A DNA stretch of 63,995 nucleotides, the filler included, from Alloascoidea hylecoeti (Eukaryota): assembly GCA_001600815.1 (NCBI GenBank). It is 8 parts of 7 records of this genome, joined end to end, with 100 filler letters (N's around TTAATTAATTAA, not from the genome) between each part and the next. Parts side by side here need not be neighbours in the genome. Positions count along the whole stretch, not along the records: positions 1 to 21,965 come from BCKZ01000050.1; 7 more parts are not named here. One strand, written 5' to 3'. The number at the start of each line of letters is the position of its first letter. Position 1 is the first letter of the stretch. Shown here piece by piece: positions 1-11,851 of this stretch. The translations under genes were made by a program, and so were the position numbers. The notes beneath the pieces were generated by a model. The model was given only the letters and a program-made list of their open reading frames with translations. It searched no databases and had not been told where the DNA came from.

Positions 1-77
1 GCACCAATTATTTCCCCCACCACCCATATAAATCATCCAAAATTATTTACGGTGTATATACAGTCCTTCCACCTATT

Positions 78-470
78 AGTAGCGCTATTTTTGAAAATAA
101 TTAGCGATCTGTCTGAGAATTAATTAGCGTTCGCTTTGGAAATTAATTAAAATAAAATTTGATAATTAATTAGTGATATTTTCGGAAATTATTTGGTCAA
201 ATTTAGCGCTATTATTTGTAAATTATTTAGTGTTATTTACATAAATTAATTTAGCGATGCGTATGAATAACTAATTAGCCACTTTTTCTTATTCAAAACT
301 TAACTAGTGATCCATGCGAAAGATTAATAGCGAGGTTGTTGAAAATTAATTAGACTTATCTCAGACATTTGATTGACCCAATGTGTGAAATATAATTGAT
401 GGTATGTACAATAATGAATTGGCGTTTTGTGTGGTAGTTAATTAGCTATTTTCCGAAAGCTTATTTAATA
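78..470. repeat. Degenerate ~23-bp-period array with core AAWTWATTAGCG
   Basis: TTAG-like cores at 101,124,147,170,193 / 203,227,251,275 / 304,327,350,373,396,419,442,465. An inverted, diverged homologue lies at ~51243-51410. Confidence 0.75.
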
Positions 471-690
471 CTTTTCATCGTAAATTGAGATTACTCGGCT
501 CTTCACGATGATGTTCTTCAGTAAATTTTTATATCCCATATGTACTTTCTACGTGGAACAGATATTTTAACTTCTTTCAAGCTATCGTCTTTTAAAGCGC
601 TTGGCGACACCAAAGATGTCGAAGATAAATAAAGAAATCTACTGGACTCTTTATGTTTCAGAAAAGATGGTTGGATATCATTCAGATAAA

Positions 691-825
691 TGTTGGGTAT
701 TAAGTATTGTTGTATTCTATATTAAGCAAGGATCAATATTTAGTAGTTACTATATAGTTAGCCATTTCCACTTGTTTTGATAAGATAGATAATAACCACA
801 CTCAAAAGATGTCAGATATCAAACA
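691..825. mobile_element. Solo LTR (family E, 135 bp)
   Basis: TGTTGG...AAACA termini flanked by a perfect 5-bp TSD ATAAA (686-690, 826-830). Confidence 0.6.
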
Positions 826-1336
826 ATAAATAATTTTGTTAAATTTTAAAAATATTTCAGTTTTTGTGTTCCTTATGATATCGATGCATTATGTGCTCGG
901 GTTTATTATGAGCTTTCTCAGTCTTATAATTCTGCTTCAAAAATTATAAATGGTTCTCATCATTGAAACTCCCCTAGACCCCATAATTGATATTATGTCA
1001 GTAACTTAGAGTCAGTTCAGTAATTATATATTTCTAATGTTCACCGGGATTCACGATTATATAGCGAGTGAATTAAGGTTGAGACAGGGAAAACTGACTG
1101 CTTTTTTATATGTAACATCAAATGACAGTTTCAACGATGTATTGATAAGTGAAGAATAGAGTCTACTAAGTTCTTAATTTTTTTCATCACATTGTGTGAA
1201 TGTGAGTTGAAATTAGATGTGTCTTAAGTGGTTTGAAAGGAATCCTGGCGATTTATTGAGGAGGAGTATAATTGTGGTGAGATTCTGAATATTACAAATA
1301 TGATTCACCAAGTATTTCAGTATTAGTAATAATAAT

Positions 1337-1428
1337 TGATAAAGTTCAAGTTCTAAGTGCCAGTTTCTCCCTGTTACGCCAAAAAGCCAATCGACTCCTT
1401 GTGAACTGTTCTAAGGGTGATACCAACA
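1337..1428 (-). mobile_element. Degenerate solo LTR of the 93-bp family C
   Basis: Aligns by eye with 27256-27348 (gccaaaaagccaatcgactc...gtgaactgttctaag...ccaaca). Confidence 0.8.
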
Positions 1429-4338
1429 ATATGATTTACATTCAGAAGATGAAGGTGATAGTTGAAAGTTGATTTCTGAGGAGATTGAGGAATATTTTTA
1501 AGTTGTTCTCAATTTTTGTGTGTTAAATGATTGAGACTTAAAGTAATATCGCCACTTTGAAATCCAGTGTTTTCAATCTATAGTTCCTGTAATCAAAAAT
1601 AATAAATACGACAAGCTTAATAGTTGAAACTACCACAATTAAGTCAACTACTAATAGTCTTCTTGCCTAGTTTGAAGAATTCAAATCGGAAATTAATAAA
1701 AAGATTGAGGATAAGTTTAATGAATTATCAAATAAAAAATGCGACAAGTTGTTGGATGTTTGTATTCAAGATAATTAACTAAAGTTAAAGCAGAGAAAGT
1801 TCCAATATTGGATAAGCCAGATTTAAACCCAATTAAATCTGACTTTACTTGCACCTATCGTATTAATAACCTCTAAAGGATAGGAATAACTCATATGGAG
1901 TAATTATGTCGATTTCTCCCTTATGTGCCATAACCAATGCGTATACCTGCATATGCACAATTCCGAGAAATCATTGTACCTGCATAACAGTATCCATCTA
2001 AGGATTAGATTATTACGCGCCAATTGTGATGAATACTCCATCTACACCAAACCTCTAGAAAGAATTCAAGACAGTTACGATCAATGAAGAGAGTAAAATG
2101 TATAATTGACACGCTGCTAACCATAATACATATAACCAACATGTCCATCCAGCTTTATTTGGATGATCAGAAGTTCATGTCTATTTGTGTATTAAGAATA
2201 TATCTCCTTTTGTGTATCTCCTTTTGTGTAAATGTAAACAATCCATGTCCAATAAGAATAATACAAACCTTTTCTTCTTTATCACACTCTTTAAAATGAG
2301 CTTTTACGAATTTTTTTCTCTTAATTATAGTGAAATGTCACAACGAAAAAAAAAAAACCCCTATCTTTATCTACTGCTTCTTTAACCTATCCTTTTTTGA
2401 TAATTTTTGGTGAAAGTTTGGAAGACCGGGCGCCTTTCATTGATCTTGACATCTGTTTTTACCTATACTTATCATTATTTTCAATTACAATTGTTTGGGG
2501 ATTCGTTGCCATTTTTTGGCTTAAGAATCCGCCCGAACATAATTCTCCTTTTGTCACAAGAGCTGATCATTTAGGTGGTGAGATATTAGATCTATCGTTT
2601 TCAAACCGCTATTTAATTCTCAATTTTATAAATTGTCTATGTTATGTCACAAATCAATTTTTTACTTCATTTTTGTTTTTACATTACCATTCTAATATTG
2701 ATGAAAAACTTGTCTTCATAATCTTATTTATTGCTTTGTTTTTTAATATATGTAATCTACAGCTATTTTTTCTCAAAACAGATTTTTTTCTATTAGTGGC
2801 CCATTATTGAAATTCGCATTCTTCATCATTTTATTTATAGTCATTATAAGCTGCATACCTAAAAATAAAGAACACACTTTTCCTGTAACAGGCTTTACAA
2901 TTGAATTCAAACAAATCATTACAAGTTTCTCCTTGCTATCCCTTCCTGATAATTTTGATCACACCATAAAAACTTCCAAATTTCATACAACATCAACAAG
3001 AGGGAAGGGTTTGATGTAAAAAAGATAGTAAAACAGTTAATGGCTAACTTCAATAAAATGGTAATATCGGTACACATTAGTCAATTGTTTTTAATAATTG
3101 AAACGGTTTTAATATACACACCAACAACAGAAAATTAAAAATTTATTTTACTATCTTTCTCAGAAAAGTGGTCAGCAGGTGCAGGTAGAGCATTCTTTGT
3201 AAAAAAAAAAAAAACCTGTATTATAATTGTTCACACAACAACCAATTGTATCACCTTTCGTGAATTTTGGACCATATTGCTTTGTTGCACCCTGATTATG
3301 GATAATTGATCCGTTAGTTGAACGAAAACCCTAGTTTTTTTATTATTATTGTCTATTCCAGGTATTCCAGAAACATTTGAATCAAGACAAGGTAAAATAA
3401 TAACAGCATCATTATCTTTTGAATTGGAATTTATTTCAATTTTCAAAATAATTATAAAAGATACCACAATTTTGAGGAATGGGTCTGTCACTCCTTATTC
3501 CAACCATATTAAAATTATCTATAGTAGAACTCAATGCATTAAATGATTGAGCTTATTAATATGTTAAGGAATAATTGTCACTGGCCGTTATAGTAGGATC
3601 ATATTCATTAATGAGATTAGAGCCCAGAGTATATCAACAAGTGTTTCTCAATATATTAAATTAGATAAACAAAACCTTCTCTTCAAATAAAACATCCAAT
3701 AGTCCTGTGGTCGAATATTAGCTTGAGTTGTGGCTGACTAGTTAACTCAATGTGTGTAGTCTAATATTTATTGCTTCATGTGGTTGAATAATATTACACC
3801 TGTGGCCTCCTAATTATTAGTTTAAAATGTGGCTGGATATTATTTACTCGAATATATGTTAACAGGGTGGTGGTCGATATTTAATGCAAAGTACTGTACT
3901 ACAACAATGAAAGGCTTGCTAATTCTACAAAATCAAATTTATAAATTTATTCCAATCATTCACAAAATCAAAGTATTAAATTTACATTTTAGTGTATTAA
4001 AAAAACTATAGCTAGCTAATATTAATCGTACAAAAATAGATGTTAAGAAAACACAAGATTCTATAGGATGAGAAGAAACATTAAACCACATATATTCTTC
4101 AAGACTTCACATTTATTTATAAAGAAAAGAAATTAAATTAAATTTCATTATAAATAACAATTTGATAGATGCAATACAATGGTAATAAAATTGTGTCATA
4201 AAGAGCAAAAATAAAGTAGTGGTATTTAAAAATAAACAACAGTTCTTTTCTCTTCCATTATCCAAAAACCAAAAAGAAAAAGAAAAAAGATTATTATTAT
4301 CTTCAATAATATAATCTAGTGATATATGCTAGAATTAT

Positions 4339-5954
4339 TTATTTCTTTTCCTTTTTAGATTTTTTTTCCTTTTTATCCTTCTTTTCCTTTTTTTCTTTTT
4401 TCTCCTTCTTTTCTTTCTTACTCTTCTTTTCTAGTGTTGTTGCTTCATCTTCATCATCTCTCTTCCTCTTCTTATCTTTCTTTTCCTTCTTCTTTTTGTC
4501 TTTCTTAGCCTTATTAACAGCATCAGCATCTTCATCATCACTATCAGCAACCTCCTTCATTTCAACATCTTCAACTTGAGGAGCATCAGCATCACCATTA
4601 TAACTTTTAGAAGCTTTAATAGCAACTTTTGTAGATGGCTTAATAGAAGATATATTAGCAGAAGTAATAGCACGACCTTCCATTCGGGATAATTGTTTTT
4701 CAACTGTTAATCGATGTTCAATACCAACTTCACCAGCATCATCTCTCTCTTCAGCAAATGCATCAAATCTTGAACTTAAAGAAGCTTTAGCAGCTAAAGC
4801 ACGAGCAAGTCTACCTTTGTTCTTATTACTAGCTTGACCAACTAATGAAGCATGATATATCAGACCATATTTTGGAGTATCATGTTTTGTCTTTAAAGCT
4901 CTAAATAAAGCTTTTTCAGCACCAAGTATTTGAACAGTTGAAGCAGGAGCCTTGGCCAAATTAACTAAACTTCCAGCATGAGATATTAATCGTGCACCAA
5001 CCAATTCACCAACTAATTGAGTAAGATTAGGAGCAATTGAATTCATTCGTGATGATAAATAATTTGATAATTGTTCTCTATATTCCGAAAAATCGATTAC
5101 TTGATCGGCTAATGATTGAATGTTGAGCAGGTCGAAATCCGTAATTTCAGTACCCATAGAAATTTCAGCAGCAACTTTTAAAGCATGCTCAACATCCTCA
5201 GGTAATACTTCACTTAAATCAGTTTCTGAACAATTTGTTCTAAAACCCATAATTTTAATCACTCTAGCATAAGCAATATTATCTTGAATAATCTTAGCCA
5301 TTTCAGGAAAATGCCATCCATACCATTCCTTAATTCTCATTGCGTATGTATTAAGTTCCTTATCTAAATCATCCAATAGAGCAATAGCTTGAACAATCAT
5401 AGTATCAACTTTATCAGGTGAAAATTTTAATTTATGACGACCTAAAGAATGAGCTAAACCAAGAGACATTGTAGCCAAATCCTTTTCTTGTAAACCAGGT
5501 AATAAAGATGGTAAATATTCTCTAACAGCTCTAAATAAATCTAAAGTATTTGAATCAGAAACAACTTTAAAATCTAATTCAGGAATTTTGTTTATTGCGT
5601 TACCCAATTTGGCATCAGCAACAACTAAAGTAGATTTTTTGGAATCTTTAACTTTGGCAAGCAAGTCAGCTAATTTTTGGGAAACTTTTCCATCAATAAT
5701 AGAAGCGGTTTCTTCTAAAGCAGAAGCAGCTGAATCGAATTTTGAAAAAGCTTTTACTTTAAACCTATAATGAAAAATAAAATTTAGTATACAGAAAATT
5801 GATAACAATTAAAATAAAATCAATCCACATACTGAGCAGAAACAGCCTCAGGAGTAGCCAAATCCTTGAGAAGAGAAGCTGATTTATAGATTTTCTTATC
5901 TGTCGCTTTTAACAGAGCATAACCAGCAGAAGTTTCCGTTAAAACCAAAGTCAT
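4339..5954 (-). CDS. NOP58: Box C/D snoRNP protein Nop58; exon 1 5954-5833, intron 5832-5765, exon 2 5764-4339
   Basis: [18 protein letters not shown]-terminus, Nop domain ([27 protein letters not shown]), KKE-rich tail. A 68-nt intron GTATGT..TACTAAA..TAG restores the frame. Confidence 0.95.
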
Positions 5955-6137
5955 TTTTTGTGATTAATAATCGGATCCTCGGATTTTGTTTATTTCCTCA
6001 AATATTTATTTTTGTACGAAAGTAATTTAGCTGAATAAAAAAACTAACGAGATATTTGATGGATGAATATAATCAAATTCAGAATTGTTGGTGTGATGAA
6101 AAAAAATGTGTGAAAAAAAAAACCCAAAAAAGAAAGC

Positions 6138-6168
6138 AAATTTTTGCGATGAGAAGAGAGTTACCCGG
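6138..6168. promoter_or_regulatory. RRPE-like + PAC + Reb1-like sites in the NOP58/DGK1 divergent promoter
   Basis: AAATTTTT 6138-6145, GCGATGAG 6146-6153, TTACCCGG 6161-6168; the typical yeast ribosome-biogenesis regulon arrangement. Confidence 0.7.
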
Positions 6169-6375
6169 CATAAAAACTGGAACTACGCGTACATTTAAGA
6201 ACATGAGTAACACACAGTACACCCATTGTATAAACGGGTATGTATTAATCAGGGTAACTTACACATATTCAAAAAAAAAAAAAAACATGAAAAAGAAACG
6301 ATTCAATATAAATATTCTCAGATTATCTGTGATTTTTTATTTTTATTTTTTTTTTGTTTTCGTTATTTGTGAAAA

Positions 6376-6583
6376 ATGGCTTCTCAAGATGTAAAAGGTG
6401 GTTTGGTACTCGAAGATTTATATAAAAATGATGTATCACAACAACGGTCTTTACTAAAACAATCTTCAACAAAAGCAACTTCTGTTAATATACTTGTAGA
6501 CAATGAAAGTGAATCTTTTTCTTCTTCTTCTTCTTCATCCATATCACTTGATGATGATAGTCCAATAGTTGAAGATTCTTCAG

Positions 6584-6621
<38 letters not shown>

Positions 6622-7404
6622 TACCTAGGATCAGAAATTAATCAAAAGAATGATTTAAATTCTTCATCAAATCCAAGTTTTACAAATTTACAATCTTTAT
6701 CGCCAGAATTTCATAAAAAATATGGACATTTCATTCGTAAAAATGAAATACCAAGAAAATTCCTTCATACATCAATAGGATTTTTAACATTATGGTTATA
6801 TACAATAGGTATTGAATTGAATCAAGTAACACCTATTTTAATAACTTTATTTTTTGGGATATCATCACTTGATTTTTTTCGTTTTAATAATGAATCATTT
6901 AATAAAAAATATTGTAAATATTTTGGATTTTTAATGCGTGAAAAAGAAATTACACAATATAATGGAATTATATGGTATTTATTAGGTTTAATAATTGTAT
7001 TTATTTTATATCCAAAAGATGTATCATTAATGGCAGTTTTATTATTATCATGGTCTGATACAGCTGCTTCTACTTTTGGTAGAGGTTATGGTCATTTAAC
7101 TCCAAAAATTTCAAAATCAAAATCATTAGCTGGATCATTAGCTGCTTTTACAATTGGCATAATATCATCAATTTTAGTATATTATTATTTCATACCAGTT
7201 TATAATTATAGAAATACTTCGGAACAAATTTTATATAATTCAGAAACATCATATATTAAATTACCTATTATTTGTTTATTATCTGGTTTAATTGGGGCAA
7301 TTTCAGAAGGTATTGAAATTTGGGATATTGATGATAATTTTACAATTCCTGTTATTTCTTCAACTTTTCTTTATATTACTATTAATTTATTCCATAAAAA
7401 ATAA
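6376..7404 (+). CDS. DGK1: CTP-dependent diacylglycerol kinase
   Basis: EIPRKFLHTSIGF, LLSWSDTAASTFGR, KSLAGS and IDDNFTIPV motifs; poly-Asn (AAT)n in the N-terminus. Confidence 0.92.
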
Positions 7405-7531
7405 ATAATAGTTATCATAAACGCTAACATAGACATTTATTAACTAGAATAATTTATTAGGCTGGATTGAATTATATTCTTGCAATTGGGTGGGTAAATG
7501 GTTTTTTTTTCTTTTTTCTTCAATTTTATAC

Positions 7532-7571
<40 letters not shown>

Positions 7572-7814
7572 TGACTTTAGATGGCCATTTAATTTGATTT
7601 TCAATTATTTATTTAAGGATATATTATTTTATAGTAGATTTCGCTAATCAGATCTAGATGATTATTAATTAGTGCTATATATGCAAAAGATAATGAGAGA
7701 TATTGCTGAAAGTTAATTAGCGATTCTTGTATTGTATTTACTTTGTTCTATAAGCATATATATATTATGTAATATAATTATCTAAATGTCAATAGTAGTT
7801 GGTAGATGAATGAA

Positions 7815-8858
7815 TCAATTTTTAGCAACTTGAGTGATTAATTTCCCAGTATTAACACCTCTAAATAAACCAGTCCAAGTTTCAGGAACTTTCTTAAAAT
7901 CATCAGTAACATCAACTAAAGTAAAGCTATTTTTTAAAGATAATTTACCATTTTTAATAAATTCAACTAATTCATTAATTCCATTAACATAATCTTTTAA
8001 AAAATCAACAATAATGAAGCCATGAATATGTAATCTATTGGTTGTAATATAACCCCAATGCTTAACATCAGATTGTGTAGTATCATTATAACCAGAAATT
8101 GAACCACATGCAACCACAGTACCACCAACAGTCATTAATGATAAACCAAGATCTAAGATTGAACCACCAATATTATCAAAGAATAAATCAAATTTATCAT
8201 CACCTAAAGCGTCTTGTAAATCTTTTGCAAAAGTTGAGGATTTATAATCAACAGCATAATCAGCACCCAAAGATTTAACAAAATCTACTTTTGCGGAACC
8301 ACCAGCAATTCCAATTACTTTCTTAGCACCGATTACATGCTTTGCCAATTGAACAACGACAGAGCCAGTTGCACCAGCCGCACCCGAAACAAGAACAACC
8401 TGATCTTTTTTAGCACCACCAACTTTAGTTAAGCCGAAATAAGCAGTCAAGCCGGTCATACCCGCAACACTGAGGTAAGCAGTCAAAGGTAAATCATCGG
8501 AGACTTTCTGAATGAAATCAGTTTCATTCAGAATAGTGTATTGGGTCCAGCCTACCATACCAACGATGTAATCACCAATTGAGTATTTTGAAGATTTTGA
8601 GTCAGTAACTTTAGCGATTCCCTGGGCTCTCATCACATCACCTTCCAAGACAGGAGCGGAGTATTTGGCGGTGCCAGGAGAAATCCAACCTCTTTGGGCC
8701 GGGTCGTTTGAAAGATATAAAACCTGGGCTAGGATCTGGCCGTCCTTAATCGGGTCCAGCTCTGTCTTCGTGTGCTTGAAAGTAGCGTCTGGAGAGTCAT
8801 CCAAAACGACGTTGCCGTAATGACGTTTGTTCAGAAGGAATTGTTCAGAAGCGACCAT
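7815..8858 (-). CDS. NADP-dependent MDR oxidoreductase (PTGR/YML131W-like); probable start ATG at 8858
   Basis: YLSNDPAQRGWI, GMTGLTAYFGL, VSGAAGATGS, FFDNIGG and NTGKL motifs. Confidence 0.88.
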   Translation of the reverse strand: MVASEQFLLNKRHYGNVVLDDSPDATFKHTKTELDPIKDGQILAQVLYLSNDPAQRGWISPGTAKYSAPVLEGDVMRAQGIAKVTDSKSSKYSIGDYIVGMVGWTQYTILNETDFIQKVSDDLPLTAYLSVAGMTGLTAYFGLTKVGGAKKDQVVLVSGAAGATGSVVVQLAKHVIGAKKVIGIAGGSAKVDFVKSLGADYAVDYKSSTFAKDLQDALGDDKFDLFFDNIGGSILDLGLSLMTVGGTVVACGSISGYNDTTQSDVKHWGYITTNRLHIHGFIIVDFLKDYVNGINELVEFIKNGKLSLKNSFTLVDVTDDFKKVPETWTGLFRGVNTGKLITQVAKN

Positions 8859-9028
8859 TTTGCGTTGGGAGGTTGGGAGGAAGAAAGAGGCACTCCGGGG
8901 CTTTAAATGGAATCGTGGAATCCGCAAAACCCGAGGGACACAGCCTGAGAGTTTTGTGGGGCGCTCTCTGTGTCATTATTCCTGTCACGATGCAGCTGAT
9001 TTATGTGATTTATAATCCTCGGTCCACC

Positions 9029-9106
9029 CCCGTTAACTCGATCCCGTTAACTCGATCCCGTTAACTCGGCCCCGTTAACTCGATCCCGTTAACTCGGCCC
9101 CGTTAA
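9029..9106. repeat. 14-bp tandem repeat (CCCGTTAACTCGRY) x~5.5 in the oxidoreductase/RPS23 divergent promoter
   Basis: Read directly: cccgttaactcgat cccgttaactcgat cccgttaactcggc cccgttaactcgat cccgttaactcggc cccgttaa. Confidence 0.95.
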
Positions 9107-9249
9107 GGTTGGCGGCCCCCGTGACTGCTTTCACGCATCCGGAAGGCGCCGGTATCCCGCTAACGCTGCGCCCGCGCACATCTCAGCACACCCCCCACCC
9201 CACCACACTGAAATATCGCTCCAAGTTGGCCCCCAACCAATCTTCAAAA

Positions 9250-9687
9250 ATGGGAAAAGGTAAGCCAAGAGGACTGAACTCCGCCAGAAAATTAAGAGTC
9301 CACCGTCGCAACAACAGATGGGCCGATCAATCATACAAGAAGCGTCTTCTGGGAACCGCTTTTAAGTCCTCGCCGTTTGGAGGCTCCTCCCATGCTAAGG
9401 GAATCGTGTTGGAAAAAATTGGTGTTGAGGCAAAACAACCAAATTCTGCTATCAGAAAATGTGTTAGAGTCCAGCTGATTAAAAATGGTAAAAGAGTTAC
9501 TGCTTTCGTCCCCAATGACGGTTGTTTGAACTATGTCGACGAAAACGATGAAGTTTTAATTGCTGGTTTTGGTAGAAAAGGTAAGGCAAAGGGTGATATC
9601 CCTGGTGTTAGATTTAAAGTTGTTAAAGTATCTGGTGTTTCTTTACTAGCTTTATGGAAAGAAAAGAAGGAGAAACCACGTTCTTAG
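9250..9687 (+). CDS. RPS23: 40S ribosomal protein uS12 (S23), intronless
   Basis: [15 protein letters not shown]...[15 protein letters not shown]...KKEKPRS, 145 aa from ATG 9250. Confidence 0.98.
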   Translation: MGKGKPRGLNSARKLRVHRRNNRWADQSYKKRLLGTAFKSSPFGGSSHAKGIVLEKIGVEAKQPNSAIRKCVRVQLIKNGKRVTAFVPNDGCLNYVDENDEVLIAGFGRKGKAKGDIPGVRFKVVKVSGVSLLALWKEKKEKPRS

Positions 9688-9924
9688 GTTATCAATAATC
9701 AATAATCAATAATCAATAATATCAATTAATCTATATCTATGTATAATACATTGCAATGATCCATACGAATTAATTCATTTCATTTCATTTACAATTACAG
9801 TACAATAGTAGTTATATCCATAACAATGATATTTAATCATTATAATTACCTTCTAATTCTAGGATACTTATTACTGAATAATATTTATATTTATATTTAA
9901 TTAATGCATACGAATATGAATATT

Positions 9925-11169
9925 CTATGATAAACCTCTTCCTTCAATACTAACACCAGATTTCTTTGTTTTCCCACTTTTCCCTGCTCCAATTAATTTT
10001 TGTTTAATTCTCTTATATTGATCATCTCTCACCAAAGAACTACCAATCCCTGTTCTAATTCCTTGTGTATTTCCTGAAATTTGTGTTCTTGGTGCAACCA
10101 TATAAGTAACAGGTCTTGCCATTGGAACGGCCGCTCTACCTCTTCTTGCTGCTGCTTCTTCACCTGCTGATTTTGGTCCACCAGTTGAATTATGTCTATG
10201 ATTAACTGATGTTTTATTTCTTTTAAAATCATAATTTCTTGTTTCAATAGCTTTATCTTTATAATTATCACTTCTACCCATAATTGGTCTTGTCCAATCT
10301 CCAACTAATTTATCAGCAATTCTTTTAATTGATAATTCAACCCTTTTACTCCTTTGATAAAAAATCATAACTTTACCTAATCCACTTTCTCTTAAATGAA
10401 TAGTTTTTATAGGTAATTTAACAATTGAATTAAATAATTCTTTTTGAATTGAATATGCTGGTAATGATGCATCAGGTAATGGTTCTAACCATAATCTAAT
10501 TGATTCTAATAAATTATTATCTAATATTGAATCTGCAAGAGTTGATTTTTGTAAAACATTAATAACTTCATTTAATAATGATAATTTATTTGTTGCTGCT
10601 TGTCCATCTTTTATAGCTTCTGAATCTAAAAATGCAGCTTCCCTCATTTTATCTCTTAATTTTGAGATATTTTCATCTTGTAATTGTTCTAAATCATCTT
10701 CATTTATTCTTTTTGATCTTTTTGTTGGTTTTTTAATAGCTGAATCTAATCTTCTTTCTAAATCTCTCCTTCTTCTTGTTTCTGGATCTAAATTTACATC
10801 TTCATCATCATCATCATCATATTCATCATTATTTCGAACTCTTTTAAAACCAATTTCATCATCATTATCTCGACGATATGCTTTTGTTGTTCTTGTTTTT
10901 TGTCGGGTTGGTTTTGATGATGAAGCTCCTTGCTTTTTATGAGACTTTAATTTATAAACTTCATCATCAAGTGATAATCCTCCAACTTTTTCAATATCAA
11001 TATCTTTAAATTGGTCTTCATCTAAATCTGATAATTCTGAATCATCACCATTTCCATTTCCATTTCCATTTCCATTCTCATTCTCATTATCATTATCACC
11101 TAAATGATGTTCATTCATATGAGCATCTTCATTATCACCTAAATGGTCATCTGTTTCTTTCTCACTCAT
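9925..11169 (-). CDS. SPN1: Transcription elongation factor Spn1/Iws1
   Basis: ILDNNLLESIRLWLEPLPDASLP, HLRESGLGKV, WTRPI and a C-terminal VSIEGRGL. Confidence 0.93.
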   Translation of the reverse strand: MSEKETDDHLGDNEDAHMNEHHLGDNDNENENGNGNGNGNGDDSELSDLDEDQFKDIDIEKVGGLSLDDEVYKLKSHKKQGASSSKPTRQKTRTTKAYRRDNDDEIGFKRVRNNDEYDDDDDEDVNLDPETRRRRDLERRLDSAIKKPTKRSKRINEDDLEQLQDENISKLRDKMREAAFLDSEAIKDGQAATNKLSLLNEVINVLQKSTLADSILDNNLLESIRLWLEPLPDASLPAYSIQKELFNSIVKLPIKTIHLRESGLGKVMIFYQRSKRVELSIKRIADKLVGDWTRPIMGRSDNYKDKAIETRNYDFKRNKTSVNHRHNSTGGPKSAGEEAAARRGRAAVPMARPVTYMVAPRTQISGNTQGIRTGIGSSLVRDDQYKRIKQKLIGAGKSGKTKKSGVSIEGRGLS

Positions 11170-11238
11170 CTTTAGTAAATAAAGTAGAAGAAGTAAAATG
11201 TAAAATGTAAAATGTAAAATGTAAGGAGGTAGTGTTGT

Positions 11239-11246
11239 CCGGGTAA
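11239..11246. promoter_or_regulatory. Reb1-like site in the SPN1/TOM5 divergent promoter
   Basis: CCGGGTAA in a 158-bp intergenic region. Confidence 0.55.
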
Positions 11247-11327
11247 CATCAACAACCCTTTTTTTCTTCCTTCAATTTCCACTTCAAAAACAAGAAAACA
11301 AGAAAAAAACACCAAGAAATATAAAAA

Positions 11328-11548
11328 ATGTTTGGAGGACCACAAAGACCACCTTCTGATGAAGAACTTAATGCTTATAGAGCCCAAGCAAATAAAACGG
11401 TTCAAACTGCTATTTATATTGCTATTGCCTTATGGAGTGGTAAGTTTTTTTTTTTTCATTTTGTGTATGAATTTAATGATTAGGGATACTAATTATTATA
11501 AAATATGTAGCTCCATTTGCTTATCATCTTATTAAAGGAAAGTTTTAA
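11328..11548 (+). CDS. TOM5: Mitochondrial import receptor subunit Tom5; exon 1 11328-11439, intron 11440-11510, exon 2 11511-11548
   Basis: Spliced product MFGGPQRPPSDEELNAYRAQANKTVQTAIYIAIALWSAPFAYHLIKGKF (49 aa); intron GTAAGT..TACTAAT..TAG; next to SPN1 as in S. cerevisiae. Missed by the ORF track. Confidence 0.9.
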
Positions 11549-11851
11549 TAATTTTTTTTATTTAAAAATGAAAATGAAATGAAATATGAAATTAAATAAA
11601 ATAGATAAAAAAATTGGTATTAATATTTGAAAAATTGTTGGAAATTGAGATAATGAACTATAATATCTGGCTAATTATTATTAAAAAGACTATAAATTTT
11701 GTATATATATATATGGTTTTTGTTCTTAGCTATATTATTTGTCGTCTATATATTAAAAGTAATTATTATCAATCTTGAATTTAAATTTAAATATATTTAT
11801 TATTTTATCATATTCATATTTAATGCTAAGTTATATATATATAAGCTATAT

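Noticed and set aside
78..470. CRISPR-like repeat-spacer array
   Set aside because: Eukaryotic context, degenerate ~12-bp cores, ~11-bp spacers and no cas genes.
2084..4011. Short ORFs from the track, and antisense ORFs over genes and transposons elsewhere
   Set aside because: No recognisable motifs, mostly non-ATG starts, and explained by AT-rich composition or shadowing.
9250..9687. Alternative CUG decoding
   Set aside because: CTG occurs at conserved Leu positions in RPS23 (GLN, LLG, QLI) and NOP58.
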